Assembly (NCBI GenBank): GCA_963664405.1
Contig: OY761158.1
Location: forward strand, 5,632,001 to 5,696,000
Direction of reading: 5' to 3'
Source: Thermoanaerobaculia bacterium
GTDB taxonomy: Bacteria > Acidobacteriota > Thermoanaerobaculia > Multivoradales > Multivoraceae
DNA length: 64,000 nt
Shown here one piece after another: positions 18,415 through 34,718 of the stretch. The notes below the pieces were generated by a model. It was given only the letters and a program-made list of their open reading frames with translations. It searched no databases and was not told where the DNA came from. The stretch's first letter is position 1. Each line of letters opens with the position of its first letter. The position numbers were made by a program, and so were the translations under genes.

Positions 18415-18529
18415 CATGAAGCTGTCACGTGGGCTCTCGAGCCCTTGCGGGGGTTAAGTGTGCATGGGAGCATCTCAAAAGACGAAACGAGGCGCACGCA
18501 GAACCGAGCACAAACGAGGGAGCACGACT

Positions 18530-24716
<6,187 letters not shown>

Positions 24717-24720
<4 letters not shown>

Positions 24721-25601
24721 GCGAAACCGGAAATCGACGTCTTCGAGCCGGCGTCCTAATCGTCGTTCTGGCCCTTGTTGGTTGGTCGTCTTTCGTCGTC
24801 GTGCCGGAGACCGAGATGGCGATACTGACTCTTTTCGGCAAGCCGACGCGAGTGCTTCGCGAGGCAGGTTTCTATTTGAAGTGGCCGGTCGAAAGCCGCA
24901 TCCGCTTCGATAAGCGAGTTGCCGTCTATGACCCTCGGCCTTCCGAGTTCCTCACCCGTGACAAGAAGAATCTGGTGGTGGATAGCGCGGTGCTCTGGCG
25001 AGTCGAAGAGCCTCTACTTTTTCTCGAGACAGTCGGTGACGAGGTCGGTGCGGAGCTTCGTCTTCACGATGTGGTCTGGGCGGCCTTGGCGGCAGCGATC
25101 GGGCGGGTGGAGCTTTCGGACCTGGTGTCTGTGGAACCCGAGGCAGTGAGGTTGAGTGAGGTGACCGGGTCGGTGCGCGATGCGGCTTCGATGGTAGCGT
25201 CGGAGCGGCTCGGGATCGACATTCTCGATGTTCAGCTCAAGCGCCTGGGTTTTCCGGAGCAAAACAAGCAGTCGGTCTTTGCGCGTATGCGGGCGGAGCG
25301 CGATCGGATCGCCAAGGAGTATCGGGCTCAGGGACGGGAGCAGGCGATGGCGATTCAGGCCGAGGCGGACAAGCAACGCGAAGTGATCCTGGCCGAGGCC
25401 TATGAGCAAGCCGAAAAAGTGCGAGGCGAGGGGGACGCTGAGGCCACTCGCATCTATGGCGAGGCGCACTCGAAGAGCCCACGCTTCTACAAGTTCGTCC
25501 GTACTCTGGAGTCATATCGCAAGATCTTGGACGAAGACACCACGGTGATTCTTTCGTCGGATTCGGAGCTTCTGAAGCTTCTGACCGAGGGACAACCCTG
25601 A
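24717..25601 (+). CDS. hflC: HflC-like SPFH protein
   Basis: FLTRDKKNLVVD, VFARMRAER.RIA..YRA.G, RGEGDAEA, FY.F.RTLESY; ATGA overlap. Confidence 0.92.
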
Positions 25602-25604
25602 TCG

Positions 25605-26588
25605 ATGCCACGACTCGAGGCATTCAAGAACTTCCTCCGAGCGATGAGCGCTCCCGCGGGCGGCTCCTTGCCGAAGTGGCGGATTCTCTTCGGCTCGCTC
25701 GCCGTTCTCTGCGCGATTTGGGGGCTGTACTTCGTGCCTGCCGATCAGCAGGCAGTGGTGATGCGGCTGGGTCGGGTGGTGCGCACGCAGGTTACGCCCG
25801 GCGTGCACTGGACCTGGCCCCCTCCGGTCGGAAGAGTGGTCAAGTTCCGCGCCCGCGAGACTCGGCGTCTGACGGTGGGGTTCTCCGCCCCGGACCGAGC
25901 CCTCGGCAGGGACCCCGCTCCCAGCCTGACGCAGTTTCTGACCGGCGACCGCAACATCATCACGGTTCGTTTGGTGGCGCAATTCGCGGTCAAGGACGCG
26001 GTCTCGTTCCTCTTCGACTTCAGGGACGTCGACGAGCTGGTCCGGAGCACGGCCGAGACGGCGCTTTCAGCAGTGGTGACCCGTCGCGGCGTCGACAATC
26101 TGCTAACGACGGAGAAGGTTGCGGTTCAGCAAGACGTTCATCTTCTATGCCAGGAACTTCTCGACAGCTATGGGGCCGGTGTTTCGATCCTGGGCATGAG
26201 CCTCGAATCGATCAGTCCCCCCGAGCAGGTGCGTGAGGCTTTCAACGATGTCGCCAGTGCTCGCGAGGATCGCGATCGAATCGTGCGCGAGGCACAGAGT
26301 TATGCCAATGAGATCCTGCCTCTGGCGCGGGGCGAGGCGATCAGGGAGATGCGTGAGTCGGAGAGCTACAAAGAGAGTCTGACCCTGCGTGCGAGGGGCG
26401 ATGCTGCGCGTTTCAGCAGTCTCGCTCGAGAGTACGTGCGAGTGCCTGAGCTGACGGCGACGCGCCTGTACCTCGAGGCGATGGAGGAGGTCCTGCCACG
26501 GATGAAAAAGACCCTCGTCGAGGCCGGAACCAACAGCATCGACTTCGATTTCGTGCGGGCCTCACCCGCCTCGGGGGGAAGGCCCTGA
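25605..26588 (+). CDS. hflK: HflK-like SPFH protein
   Basis: PG.HW.WP.P, FLTGDRNII.V, PP.QV.EAFNDV.SARED, ARG.A, RLYLEAMEEVLP. Confidence 0.92.
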   Translation: MPRLEAFKNFLRAMSAPAGGSLPKWRILFGSLAVLCAIWGLYFVPADQQAVVMRLGRVVRTQVTPGVHWTWPPPVGRVVKFRARETRRLTVGFSAPDRALGRDPAPSLTQFLTGDRNIITVRLVAQFAVKDAVSFLFDFRDVDELVRSTAETALSAVVTRRGVDNLLTTEKVAVQQDVHLLCQELLDSYGAGVSILGMSLESISPPEQVREAFNDVASAREDRDRIVREAQSYANEILPLARGEAIREMRESESYKESLTLRARGDAARFSSLAREYVRVPELTATRLYLEAMEEVLPRMKKTLVEAGTNSIDFDFVRASPASGGRP

Positions 26589-27049
26589 AGCGTCATCTGC
26601 CTACCCTGCTCACGATCGCCGTCGTACTCGTCGGGCTATGGTGGACCCAGACGCGGGAGTCGGCGCCGAGTGAAGAGAGTGAGCCGCAGGCGGTTGTGTG
26701 GCGCATGATCGACGAGTCGAAGGCGGCGGACATCGAGGGCTACCTGAGCTGCTTCAGCGGCGATCTTCGCGAGCGCCTGGAGGCGAATCTCCGCCAGATG
26801 GGTGAGGAGGGCTTTCGTGCCTACCTACGAGATCGTCTTGCGGAGCTCAAAGGAGTAGCGATCTACGACGTCGAAGAAAGCGACGCAGAGGCTTCGCTCA
26901 CGGTCGAGTACGTCTTCGCCGAGGAGAGCGAGCGCCAGAGTATGCGCCTGGAGAGGACCCGAGGCACCTGGCGCATCGCCGGAGCCGACGCCTCCCGCCG
27001 CGAGCGCTCCCTAATCCCTTACGGCACTCCCATCGAACAAGCCGAGTAG
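26585..27049 (+). CDS. Membrane-anchored NTF2/SnoaL-like protein, probable CTG start
   Basis: Frame is open upstream of the listed GTG 26696 to a CTG that overlaps the hflK TGA (CTGA), adding KRHLPTLLTIAVVLVGLWW. C-terminal LERTRGTWRI. Confidence 0.7.
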   Translation: MKRHLPTLLTIAVVLVGLWWTQTRESAPSEESEPQAVVWRMIDESKAADIEGYLSCFSGDLRERLEANLRQMGEEGFRAYLRDRLAELKGVAIYDVEESDAEASLTVEYVFAEESERQSMRLERTRGTWRIAGADASRRERSLIPYGTPIEQAE

Positions 27050-27067
27050 GGGTCGTCCTTCGGCGGT

Positions 27068-27223
27068 CGTTGTCGCCGGGGCCGGCCGCAGGGGGGCGTT
27101 GGGGACCGGGCTGCTTCGCGTGTTGGAGAGGCTCCTGGTTGTGAGGCTGCATTGCGGTCTAATAATTATGCTTCGCAGCCCGGTCCCCAACGCCCCTGGT
27201 GCGGCCTGCGACCCTGCCCCAAC
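27068..27223. repeat. Intergenic palindromic element, family A copy 3 (reverse orientation)
   Basis: GGGGCGTTGGGGACCGGGCTGC / GCAGCCCGGTCCCCAACGCCCC arms; core AATTATGCTTCGC. Confidence 0.85.
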
Positions 27224-27407
27224 GAAGGCGGGCGGCCGTCAATTGCGGCTCGACAGATCGACCACTCGTTGTCGCAGATCTACACGAGCGCCAGGTGCGG
27301 TCCCGTGACGTGACGCGCCCGGCTAGCGTTTTCGGGGCGAGTTCTCGAAGGCAGAGCGGCGGAGGCCAAACGGCTGGACTCGCTCAGGTGGGGGGAGGGC
27401 ACCGTCT

Positions 27408-27565
27408 GTTGGGGCAGTAGCGCAGGTCGCTCTCGGGGCATCGGGGGGGCGGGCTACGCAGCATAATTATTAGACCGCAACACGGCTTCACGACCAGGAG
27501 CCTTTCCAGCGCGCGAAGCAGCCCGCCCCCCCGATGCCCCCTCGCGGCCGGCCCTTGCGACAACG
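27408..27565. repeat. Intergenic palindromic element, family A copy 4
   Basis: GGGGCATCG(G)nCGGGCT / AGCCCG(C)nGATGCCCC arms; GCAGCATAATTATTAGACCGCAA core closely matches copy 3. Confidence 0.85.
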
Positions 27566-27654
27566 ATCGCCGGAGCCCGTACGTGCTACCATCCGCTCGC
27601 CGATTTTGGGTAGTTTTCCTCAATTTTACACTTCATTTTCGGGGCTAGAAGACA

Positions 27655-28635
27655 ATGACTGAACCTATTCGTATCGCTGTTACCGGTGCCGCCGGGCAGA
27701 TTGGGTATGCACTCACTTTCCGCATTGCGGCCGGTGAGATGTTGGGACCCGATCAGCCGGTGAGCCTGCATCTCTTGGAGATCCCTCCCGCTATGGATGC
27801 CCTTCAGGGGACGGTAATGGAGCTGCGTGACAGTGCTTACCCCCTGCTCCACGACATCGTTGCCACCGACAATGCCGACGAGGCTTTCGCGGGCGTGAAT
27901 GTGGCCATGTTGGTCGGCGCTCGGCCGCGAGGGCCCGGGATGGAGCGCAAGGACCTCTTGAGCGCCAATGGGGCGATCTTCACCGCACAGGGGAAGTCCT
28001 TGAACGACCATGCCGATCCCGGGGTCCGAGTGCTGGTTGTCGGCAACCCCGCGAATACGAACTGCCTGATTGCCCGCTCCAACGCCCCAGACCTCGACCC
28101 GCGGAACTTCACTGCAATGACTCGTTTGGACCACAATCGGGCGAAGACACAGTTGGCGGAGAAGACCGGTCTGCACGTCAACGACGTCAGTCGGATGACG
28201 ATCTGGGGCAACCACTCCGCGACCCAGTACCCCGACATCAGCCATGCCACGGTCAACGGGAGTCCGGCGAGCGAGCAGGTCGACCCTGCCTGGGTGAGAG
28301 AGACCTTCATCCCCACCGTGCAGCAGCGGGGCGCGGCAATCATTCAAGCGCGCGGAGCTTCCTCCGCCGCCTCGGCTGCCGCAGCCGCGATCGACCACAT
28401 ACGCACTTGGGTCAACGGTACCGCCGAAGGCGACTGGGTCTCGATGGCAGTGACCAGCGACTCCTCCAGCTACGGCGTCAAGCCCGGCGTAGTCTTCTCC
28501 TACCCAGTGACCTGCGCCAACGGCGACTGGGCGATCGTAGAGGGTCTCCCCATCGACGACTTCAGCCAGTCCAAGCTCGCCGCCACCGAAGCCGAGCTCT
28601 TCGAAGAGCGCTCAGCGGTTGAAGATCTGCTGTGA
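27655..28635 (+). CDS. mdh: Malate dehydrogenase (MDH type 2)
   Basis: [65 protein letters not shown]. Confidence 0.98.
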   Translation: MTEPIRIAVTGAAGQIGYALTFRIAAGEMLGPDQPVSLHLLEIPPAMDALQGTVMELRDSAYPLLHDIVATDNADEAFAGVNVAMLVGARPRGPGMERKDLLSANGAIFTAQGKSLNDHADPGVRVLVVGNPANTNCLIARSNAPDLDPRNFTAMTRLDHNRAKTQLAEKTGLHVNDVSRMTIWGNHSATQYPDISHATVNGSPASEQVDPAWVRETFIPTVQQRGAAIIQARGASSAASAAAAAIDHIRTWVNGTAEGDWVSMAVTSDSSSYGVKPGVVFSYPVTCANGDWAIVEGLPIDDFSQSKLAATEAELFEERSAVEDLL

Positions 28636-28684
28636 CGTTGTGCGTGGCTGGGGCCTCCGAGACGAGGCTCTGTCGCGAGGGGCC

Positions 28685-28853
28685 GGAGGCAGGCGGGGTG
28701 CTCCTAGACGGGAACGGCGGCCGCTCCTATGAGTTCGTTCAGCGGTGATGCGGCCGCCTCCTGTTCCACTCGCTCCCATCGGAATCCCCTCCGCCAGCAC
28801 TCTTGTGGCGCTCGATCCACAGGCCCCTTTCTAGGAGCACCCCGCCTGCCTCC
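28685..28853. repeat. 169-bp MITE-like element with perfect 24-bp terminal inverted repeats
   Basis: GGAGGCAGGCGGGGTGCTCCTAGA at 28685 and its exact reverse complement at 28830-28853. Confidence 0.75.
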
Positions 28854-29017
28854 TCTCTCCCTTGCAGACTTCGCCAAGGCCGTTACCGAGAAGCGCCCGG
28901 ACGGCTGGCGCCCAGACCCGATGGTGACGGGAGCCCCGACCCCCCCCACAAGTCCCTGGTGACCACCGCCGCTGCTTACCTAAAGCGATTGACAAAGAGC
29001 ACCGAGCCTGTAGCCGC

Positions 29018-29183
29018 CTAGACCAGCGTTTCCAAAGTTCGCGCACATATCTCGGCCCCTTCTGTCCGCTGGCGGCGTTTCGCCTCCTCGACATATTGCC
29101 CAATATGCCTGCGTCGGCGCGCCTGGCCAGCGAACAGAATGAGCTCGAGCTATTGCACACGAACTTTGGAAACGCTGGTCTAG
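29018..29183. repeat. 166-bp MITE-like element, family B copy 1
   Basis: Perfect 24-bp TIR CTAGACCAGCGTTTCCAAAGTTCG; core CCTCGACATATTGCCCAATATGCCTGCGTCGGCGCGCCT. Confidence 0.8.
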
Positions 29184-29231
29184 CTTGACGCACACGACGC
29201 CGGGTGGGGGACCTAAGCCGTCGAGGGTGGA

Positions 29232-29366
29232 GGCCGCATCAGGGGGTCTTGGGGGCCGGGGTGCGGAGCATAACTATTAGGTCGCACTGCGGCTTCACAA
29301 TCCAGCCATCTCCGAAGCGCGCAGCACCCCGGGGCCCCCAAGGCCCCCACCGCGGCCGGCCGCCCC
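29232..29366. repeat. Intergenic palindromic element, family A copy 5
   Basis: GGGGGTCTTGGGGGCC.. / ..GGCCCCCAAGGCCCCC arms; GCGGAGCATAACTATTAG core; GCGCAGC on the right side. Confidence 0.8.
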
Positions 29367-29435
29367 GCGCGCCCTGTAGGTCCACACGCCGCTGTTTGAG
29401 CGCCCCAGCCGCGCGCCCCAGGCGAGCCGAGCCTG

Positions 29436-30773
29436 CTACTGATTCGAGATGCGGTAGAGCTTGGTGCGGGTGCGGATGTAGAGGCCGCCGTCGGCGATGG
29501 CGGGGGTGGACATGGACATTTCGTCGAGCGAGTTCTTGGCTACGACCTCGAACTCCTTGCCTGAGTCGATGACAAAAGTGTCGCCGTCTTCGCTGAGGAC
29601 GAAGATCTTGCCGTTGTAGGCCCAGGGGCTGGCGGTGAAGGCCGCCGCGCCGCGCTCGATGCGTTGCTTGCCATAGATCTCGTCGCCGGTCTTGGCGTCG
29701 TGCATGGTGAAGAAGCCACGATCGAGAAGGGTGTAGAAATAGTTGCCGTAGACCAGGGGGGTGGGGTTGTAGGCGCCGGCCTGGGGCAGGAACCAGACGA
29801 TCCACTCGTTGGAGCTCGCCCCCTCGGCGAGTGTGATGTCGCCAGAGGCCCCCGGCCGAATGGCGAAGACGGGCCTTTTTTGGTCGCCGACGTAGCCGGA
29901 GCTGACATAGAGGAAACCGTGAGCGGTGAAAGGCTGCGGAATCGCGATCGACGACATGCCGCCGAACTCCCATAGGAGCTCACCGTCGAGGCCGTATGAG
30001 CGCACCCGGTCGGTACCGGCAGTGATCACCTCTGAGCGCTGGTCGTTTTCCCAGACAAAAGGCGTGGCCCAGTTCGAGCCCTCTTCTCGCTTCGCCTGCC
30101 AGCGTTCCTCGCCGGTCTTCTTGTCGAGCGCAGCGATGTAGGACTGCTCTTCATTGTCGTTGACGATGAAGAGCAGGTCGCCGTGCAGGATCGGCGAAGT
30201 GGCTGTCCCCCATCCGTAGCGGGTCTTGATGGCGCCAAGCGCCTTTTCCCAGACGACGTCGCCACTCCCCGCGTCGAGAGCGTAAACACCGGCGCTACCG
30301 AAATAGGCGTAGACGGTCTTGCCGTCGGTCACCGGGGTCTCCGAGGCGTAGGTGTTCTTGAGGTGCCGGGGGAAGGCTGGAGCGCCGGATTTGACGGTCT
30401 TCTCCCATACCTTTGCGCCCGACTCGGTGTCGAAAGCAAATACCCGCCAGTGATGGATATCCTTGGAGGGCTCGGGTCGATTACCGCCGAAGTAGAGGCC
30501 CTTCTTCGGTTCCTCGATCTTGCCTTCGCTGACCACCGTGGTCACGAAGACTCGATTGCCCCACACCACCGGCGACGACCATCCCAGACCGGGTACCTCG
30601 ACCTTCCACGCGATGTTCTCGGTGGTGCTCCAGGTCTCCGGCAGGCGAGGGTCGTTTTCGGCCTGACTCATGGCATCGGCACCACGAAAACTGGGCCAGT
30701 TGTCGGAAAGGGCCGCCGCGCAGCCCGCAATGAGGACGTCGATGGCGAAAAGACGAAAGCAGTTACGAATCAT
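29436..30773 (-). CDS. Secreted PQQ-binding-like beta-propeller protein (BamB-like repeats)
   Basis: Signal peptide, NWPSFRG, W.T..NI.WK..VPG.GWSSPVVW, repeated TG...W blades. Confidence 0.88.
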   Translation of the reverse strand: MIRNCFRLFAIDVLIAGCAAALSDNWPSFRGADAMSQAENDPRLPETWSTTENIAWKVEVPGLGWSSPVVWGNRVFVTTVVSEGKIEEPKKGLYFGGNRPEPSKDIHHWRVFAFDTESGAKVWEKTVKSGAPAFPRHLKNTYASETPVTDGKTVYAYFGSAGVYALDAGSGDVVWEKALGAIKTRYGWGTATSPILHGDLLFIVNDNEEQSYIAALDKKTGEERWQAKREEGSNWATPFVWENDQRSEVITAGTDRVRSYGLDGELLWEFGGMSSIAIPQPFTAHGFLYVSSGYVGDQKRPVFAIRPGASGDITLAEGASSNEWIVWFLPQAGAYNPTPLVYGNYFYTLLDRGFFTMHDAKTGDEIYGKQRIERGAAAFTASPWAYNGKIFVLSEDGDTFVIDSGKEFEVVAKNSLDEMSMSTPAIADGGLYIRTRTKLYRISNQ

Positions 30774-30893
30774 AGGGGTCTCCGGAGTGTCCGCTTAGCG
30801 AGGGACTTGGATCAACTGCAAGCTTAGCGCAAAAGGAGGCGCCAAGCGGCCTGGCTTTGCCGGAAGCGACCTCCGCCATGGCGGCGTCTTCCG

Positions 30894-32531
30894 CTACGGC
30901 GGCGTCCACTCGTAGATCAGCAGGACCGGCTCCCCGTCTACGCTCCAGCTCTGGAGAGGATCCAATCGCCTGAGGCAGTCGTCGATGAGCGGGTTTCTCC
31001 AGTCGTTCCGAAGTACGAACATCACATAGACGCGGCGCTCGCGCGACAGCCCCTCCATGATCTCGAAGGTGTCTGGGCGCAGATCGGGTCCCTCGTGGCG
31101 GGAGATGTCGAGAAGGCCGATGTCGGTCCTGAGCCGCACCGGAGCGACCAGCTGCACGGTGTGCTCGAGGATGGGCACCGCCAGCGCCGTTCCCTGGGGA
31201 GCGTTGTTGTTGAGCCAGTCCATCCCCAGGCGATAGCTGGTACCCCAGTAGTCGCCTGCTTGAGGGATCCCGTTCTTTCTCGCACCACTCAGACCCCCAG
31301 CCAGCTCGTTCCAATAAGCCAACTCCAGAGGGTGGAGCCGGGCCACAGCCATTGCACCGGGGGCGAGAGCGAGGACTATGACGGTCGTCGCGGCCAGGCG
31401 GCGAGCTCGGCCGGGGAGAGGGTCCGTCCCGCAAATCTTTCGGTAGAGCCAGGAAGCACCGACGCCCGCAACGATAGCGAAGGCTGGGAAGGCTTCGAGA
31501 AAGTGACGCACACCATCGAAGTTGACCGCGTTCGGAAGGTAGAGACGCCCGATAACGACCACGATCCATGCCAGCGGCAAGAGGTACTTGGGGTCCCGGG
31601 TCGACACGCGGCCGATACAGATCGCCATTCCAAGCACCAGCAGAACCAAGAACAGCACCGGAGTGGTCAGGGCTACCGCGCCCAGCGGCGACGCGATGCT
31701 TTCCGGTCGAGTGTCGAAGAGGCGCAGGGCGATGTAGTGCAGATGGAGTCTTGCGCCGGCGATCGGGGCCGGCCATAGGTAGGGCCAGAGCGCGAAGACG
31801 AGTGCCGGCCCCAGCAGCCCGGCTCCGAGCAGGGAGCTCCAGAGGAGCCTGCGACGACCCTTCCATGCCGTGGGCTCGCCGGCAGTGAGCACCAGTAGCA
31901 GAATGATGGGAGGCAGGAAGAGCGCGTTCGCCTTGGTGCCGAGCGCCAAGCCCCAGATCAGCCCCGCCCCCAGCACGCCTCTCGCCGACCCCCGCTCCCA
32001 TGCGCCGACGAAGGCTAAGAGCGCAAGCGAGAAGAACACCGCCTCAGGCACGTCCTTGATATTCGAGAAGACGTGGGCCACCAGCCGCGGAGAAGTACAC
32101 AGCAGAGCGCACGAGACAACAGCCGCAACAGTGTCGAAGCGCTGTTGGACGAACACGAAGAGCGCAGCGAGGAGGATTGCGCTGAGAAAGAGACTCAGCG
32201 CGTGGAAACCGTCGAAGGGGTCGAGAAGCCCTAGCCCTCGCGACAGCACTGCCGAGCTCAGCGCGGCGAGCGTGTTCGCGACCGGGTAGTACTCCCAGGG
32301 ACGGTTGCGAAAGGGAGAGGTCCCCAGATCCGGTACGCGATCCGAGGGATAGGGGTCCGATTCGAAGTCGAGGTAGGAGGAGTCCAGCGTCGAGAAATAG
32401 GAGAGATAGCGCTCACCGAAGAAGAAATCGCCGAGGGCCTCGTCCCACGTGACGTTGTAGTGCTTCAGCGAAGGAAACGCGGCGAGAGCAAGAACAACGG
32501 CAAGTCCAGCTGGTACGGCGTAGCGACGCAA
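30894..32531 (-). CDS. GT-C (ArnT/PMT-like) membrane glycosyltransferase
   Basis: N-terminal TWDE motif, N.KD.P, many TM helices, DYWG.SY. Confidence 0.8.
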   Translation of the reverse strand: MRRYAVPAGLAVVLALAAFPSLKHYNVTWDEALGDFFFGERYLSYFSTLDSSYLDFESDPYPSDRVPDLGTSPFRNRPWEYYPVANTLAALSSAVLSRGLGLLDPFDGFHALSLFLSAILLAALFVFVQQRFDTVAAVVSCALLCTSPRLVAHVFSNIKDVPEAVFFSLALLAFVGAWERGSARGVLGAGLIWGLALGTKANALFLPPIILLLVLTAGEPTAWKGRRRLLWSSLLGAGLLGPALVFALWPYLWPAPIAGARLHLHYIALRLFDTRPESIASPLGAVALTTPVLFLVLLVLGMAICIGRVSTRDPKYLLPLAWIVVVIGRLYLPNAVNFDGVRHFLEAFPAFAIVAGVGASWLYRKICGTDPLPGRARRLAATTVIVLALAPGAMAVARLHPLELAYWNELAGGLSGARKNGIPQAGDYWGTSYRLGMDWLNNNAPQGTALAVPILEHTVQLVAPVRLRTDIGLLDISRHEGPDLRPDTFEIMEGLSRERRVYVMFVLRNDWRNPLIDDCLRRLDPLQSWSVDGEPVLLIYEWTPP

Positions 32532-32672
32532 GGTTTAGAGCCTCGCGGCGCAACATACCAGAGCCTAGCCTCAGCTCGGTTGCCCCGGGGCAGCCCCACC
32601 GTGGGCGGGGCATCGTTGATAAGATCCGCCCGGCTCGCCGCCGGCGGTCGAAGGCAAGAGGAGTGTTGTTTC

Positions 32673-34718
32673 ATGTGGAGGTCCAGCTCGGTTCTCGGCC
32701 TCGCCTCGATCGTCGCTGCGGTGGCGATGGGGCAGCCCGCGGAAGAGACAACTCTTCCATCGGCCGCAGTACTCGATGTCGAGCCTCTGGCACTCACTCT
32801 GGAGGTCGGCGAACAGACGAAACTGAGCTTCTCGGTTCGTGATGGCGCTGGCGATGTGATCGATAAGCCGGTGGTCTTCTATTCCCGGTCGCGGCAGAGT
32901 GTGAGTGTGAGCGCGGCCGGGGATGTAGAGGCCCTTCGTCCGGGAGAGCACGTTCTTGTCGCCTTGGTGCCGAAAGATCCCGATGCGGAGCCGCGCCGGG
33001 CGGAATCTCTGCTCAAGCAAGAGATCGAGGTCTCTGTTCCTTTGCCGCCCATCTCCGAGCTGCGCTTCGAGACCCTGCCGGAGCAGGTCTTCGTAGGGAC
33101 CCGGGTACGCGTCGGCGTAGTTGCTCTAGATACTCTCGGAGAAGGTCGTCACGATGTCGCAGTCGACTACTCGGTCAGCGATCCTTCGCTTGCGAGTATC
33201 GACCGTTTCGGTGATCTCAACCTGTTGGCGCCGGGCGCCTTCTCGGTAGTCGCCGCGACTGAGGGCGCGGAAGCGTCGCTGGAGCTGGTGAGCCTGCCCA
33301 ACCCGATCGAGTCCTTGGAGCTGCGCGCCAGCGCCGGCGAGGCTCGTACCGGGGACGTGGTGCGCTTCTCGGCGATCGCTCTGGACAGAGACGGTCGCAG
33401 AGTCGACGGAGCGCCGGTCCACTTCGCAGTCAGCGGGGAGGTGAACCCCGCAATCGTGGCACCCGGGGCCGCCGGATCGATCGATCAGGACGGGCTCTTT
33501 GTCGCTGAGCGCTCGGGCGTCTATCGCGTGTTCGCCTCGACGGGCTCGCACTCGGCGATGGAGGTTGTCGAGATCACCAGCCGAGATGTGCAGCGCGATT
33601 TCAAAGTGGTTGGCCACGCGCCGGTGCGCGATCGACATACCTCCGATCATTGGGTTTGGGAGGCGTCCGACGGGCGAGACTACGCCATCACTGGGACCTG
33701 GGGAGCCGGCGGCCATGCCTACATCTGGGATGTGACCAACCCCGAGGCTATGGTCGTTGTCGACACCGTACACGTCGACGCGCGGACCGTAAACGACGTC
33801 AAGGTCTCCGCGGATGGCCGTCTCGCCATAATCTCCCGCGAAGGAGCCTCCGATCGCAAGAACGGCATCGTCTTTCTCGACGTTTCTGAGCCGAAGGTTG
33901 GGGTGCGAGTTCTTGGCAGTTACGACGATCAGCTCAATGGTGGGGTGCACAACCTCTTCATCTACGAAGAGCACGTCTATGCGGTAAACAACGGTCGCCG
34001 ATTCGACGTCATCAATATCGAGGATCCGGCGGCTCCGATCCGCGTCGGTCGTTTCGAGCTCGATCGGCCAGGGCCAGCGATCCACGATATCTGGATTGCC
34101 GAGGGGGTCGCTTTCACCTCCAACTGGAAGGACGGAGTGGTGGCGATCGACGTCGGTGGCGCCGGCATGGGAGGCTCGCCGAGCCGACCGAAGATGCTCG
34201 GCCGCTACGCCTATCCCAGCGGTTGGAATCACTCTGCCTATCCTTATCGCAGCCCTTCCACGGGCAAGTTCTACGTCTTCGCCGGCGACGAGGCCTTTCC
34301 CTACTCCAAGCTGCGGACCGAGCGCGATTCAGTGCCGATGCGGGCGGCGGGCTGGGTTCACGTCATCGAGTGGGACGATTGGAGCTCGCCGCGGGAGGTT
34401 GCGCGCTACCAGGTGCCGGAAGCAGGGACCCACAATCTGTGGGTCGAGGACGAGGTCCTTTACGCTGCCTGCTACAACGGCGGTTTGCGGGCCGTCGACA
34501 TTTCGGGGGAGCTGCGCGGCGACCTCTATCGCCAGGGCCGCGAAATCGCGTTCTGGCTGCCTCTGGATGGGGAGGGCTTCATACCCAACGCTGCCTTTAC
34601 CTGGGGGCCGCAGCCTTTCAAAGGGAACATCCTCGTCACCGACTGGAACTCGGGTCTGTGGGCGGTCAAGCTCGAGCCCAAGACCGGCTCGCCAAGGGTG
34701 ATCGGTGAACCGCGTTAG
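32673..34718 (+). CDS. Secreted Ig-like + LVIVD-repeat protein
   Basis: Signal peptide after a GAGGAG SD, Ig-like N-terminal half, LVIVD-type repeats (IVFLDVS.P, FDVINI.DP, LRAVDIS). Confidence 0.8.
   Translation: MWRSSSVLGLASIVAAVAMGQPAEETTLPSAAVLDVEPLALTLEVGEQTKLSFSVRDGAGDVIDKPVVFYSRSRQSVSVSAAGDVEALRPGEHVLVALVPKDPDAEPRRAESLLKQEIEVSVPLPPISELRFETLPEQVFVGTRVRVGVVALDTLGEGRHDVAVDYSVSDPSLASIDRFGDLNLLAPGAFSVVAATEGAEASLELVSLPNPIESLELRASAGEARTGDVVRFSAIALDRDGRRVDGAPVHFAVSGEVNPAIVAPGAAGSIDQDGLFVAERSGVYRVFASTGSHSAMEVVEITSRDVQRDFKVVGHAPVRDRHTSDHWVWEASDGRDYAITGTWGAGGHAYIWDVTNPEAMVVVDTVHVDARTVNDVKVSADGRLAIISREGASDRKNGIVFLDVSEPKVGVRVLGSYDDQLNGGVHNLFIYEEHVYAVNNGRRFDVINIEDPAAPIRVGRFELDRPGPAIHDIWIAEGVAFTSNWKDGVVAIDVGGAGMGGSPSRPKMLGRYAYPSGWNHSAYPYRSPSTGKFYVFAGDEAFPYSKLRTERDSVPMRAAGWVHVIEWDDWSSPREVARYQVPEAGTHNLWVEDEVLYAACYNGGLRAVDISGELRGDLYRQGREIAFWLPLDGEGFIPNAAFTWGPQPFKGNILVTDWNSGLWAVKLEPKTGSPRVIGEPR

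Noticed and set aside
27050-27654. Short ORFs between the SPFH operon and mdh
   Set aside because: Their mutual similarity (GLIIMLRSP) comes from family A repeat DNA, with no SD or coding signal.
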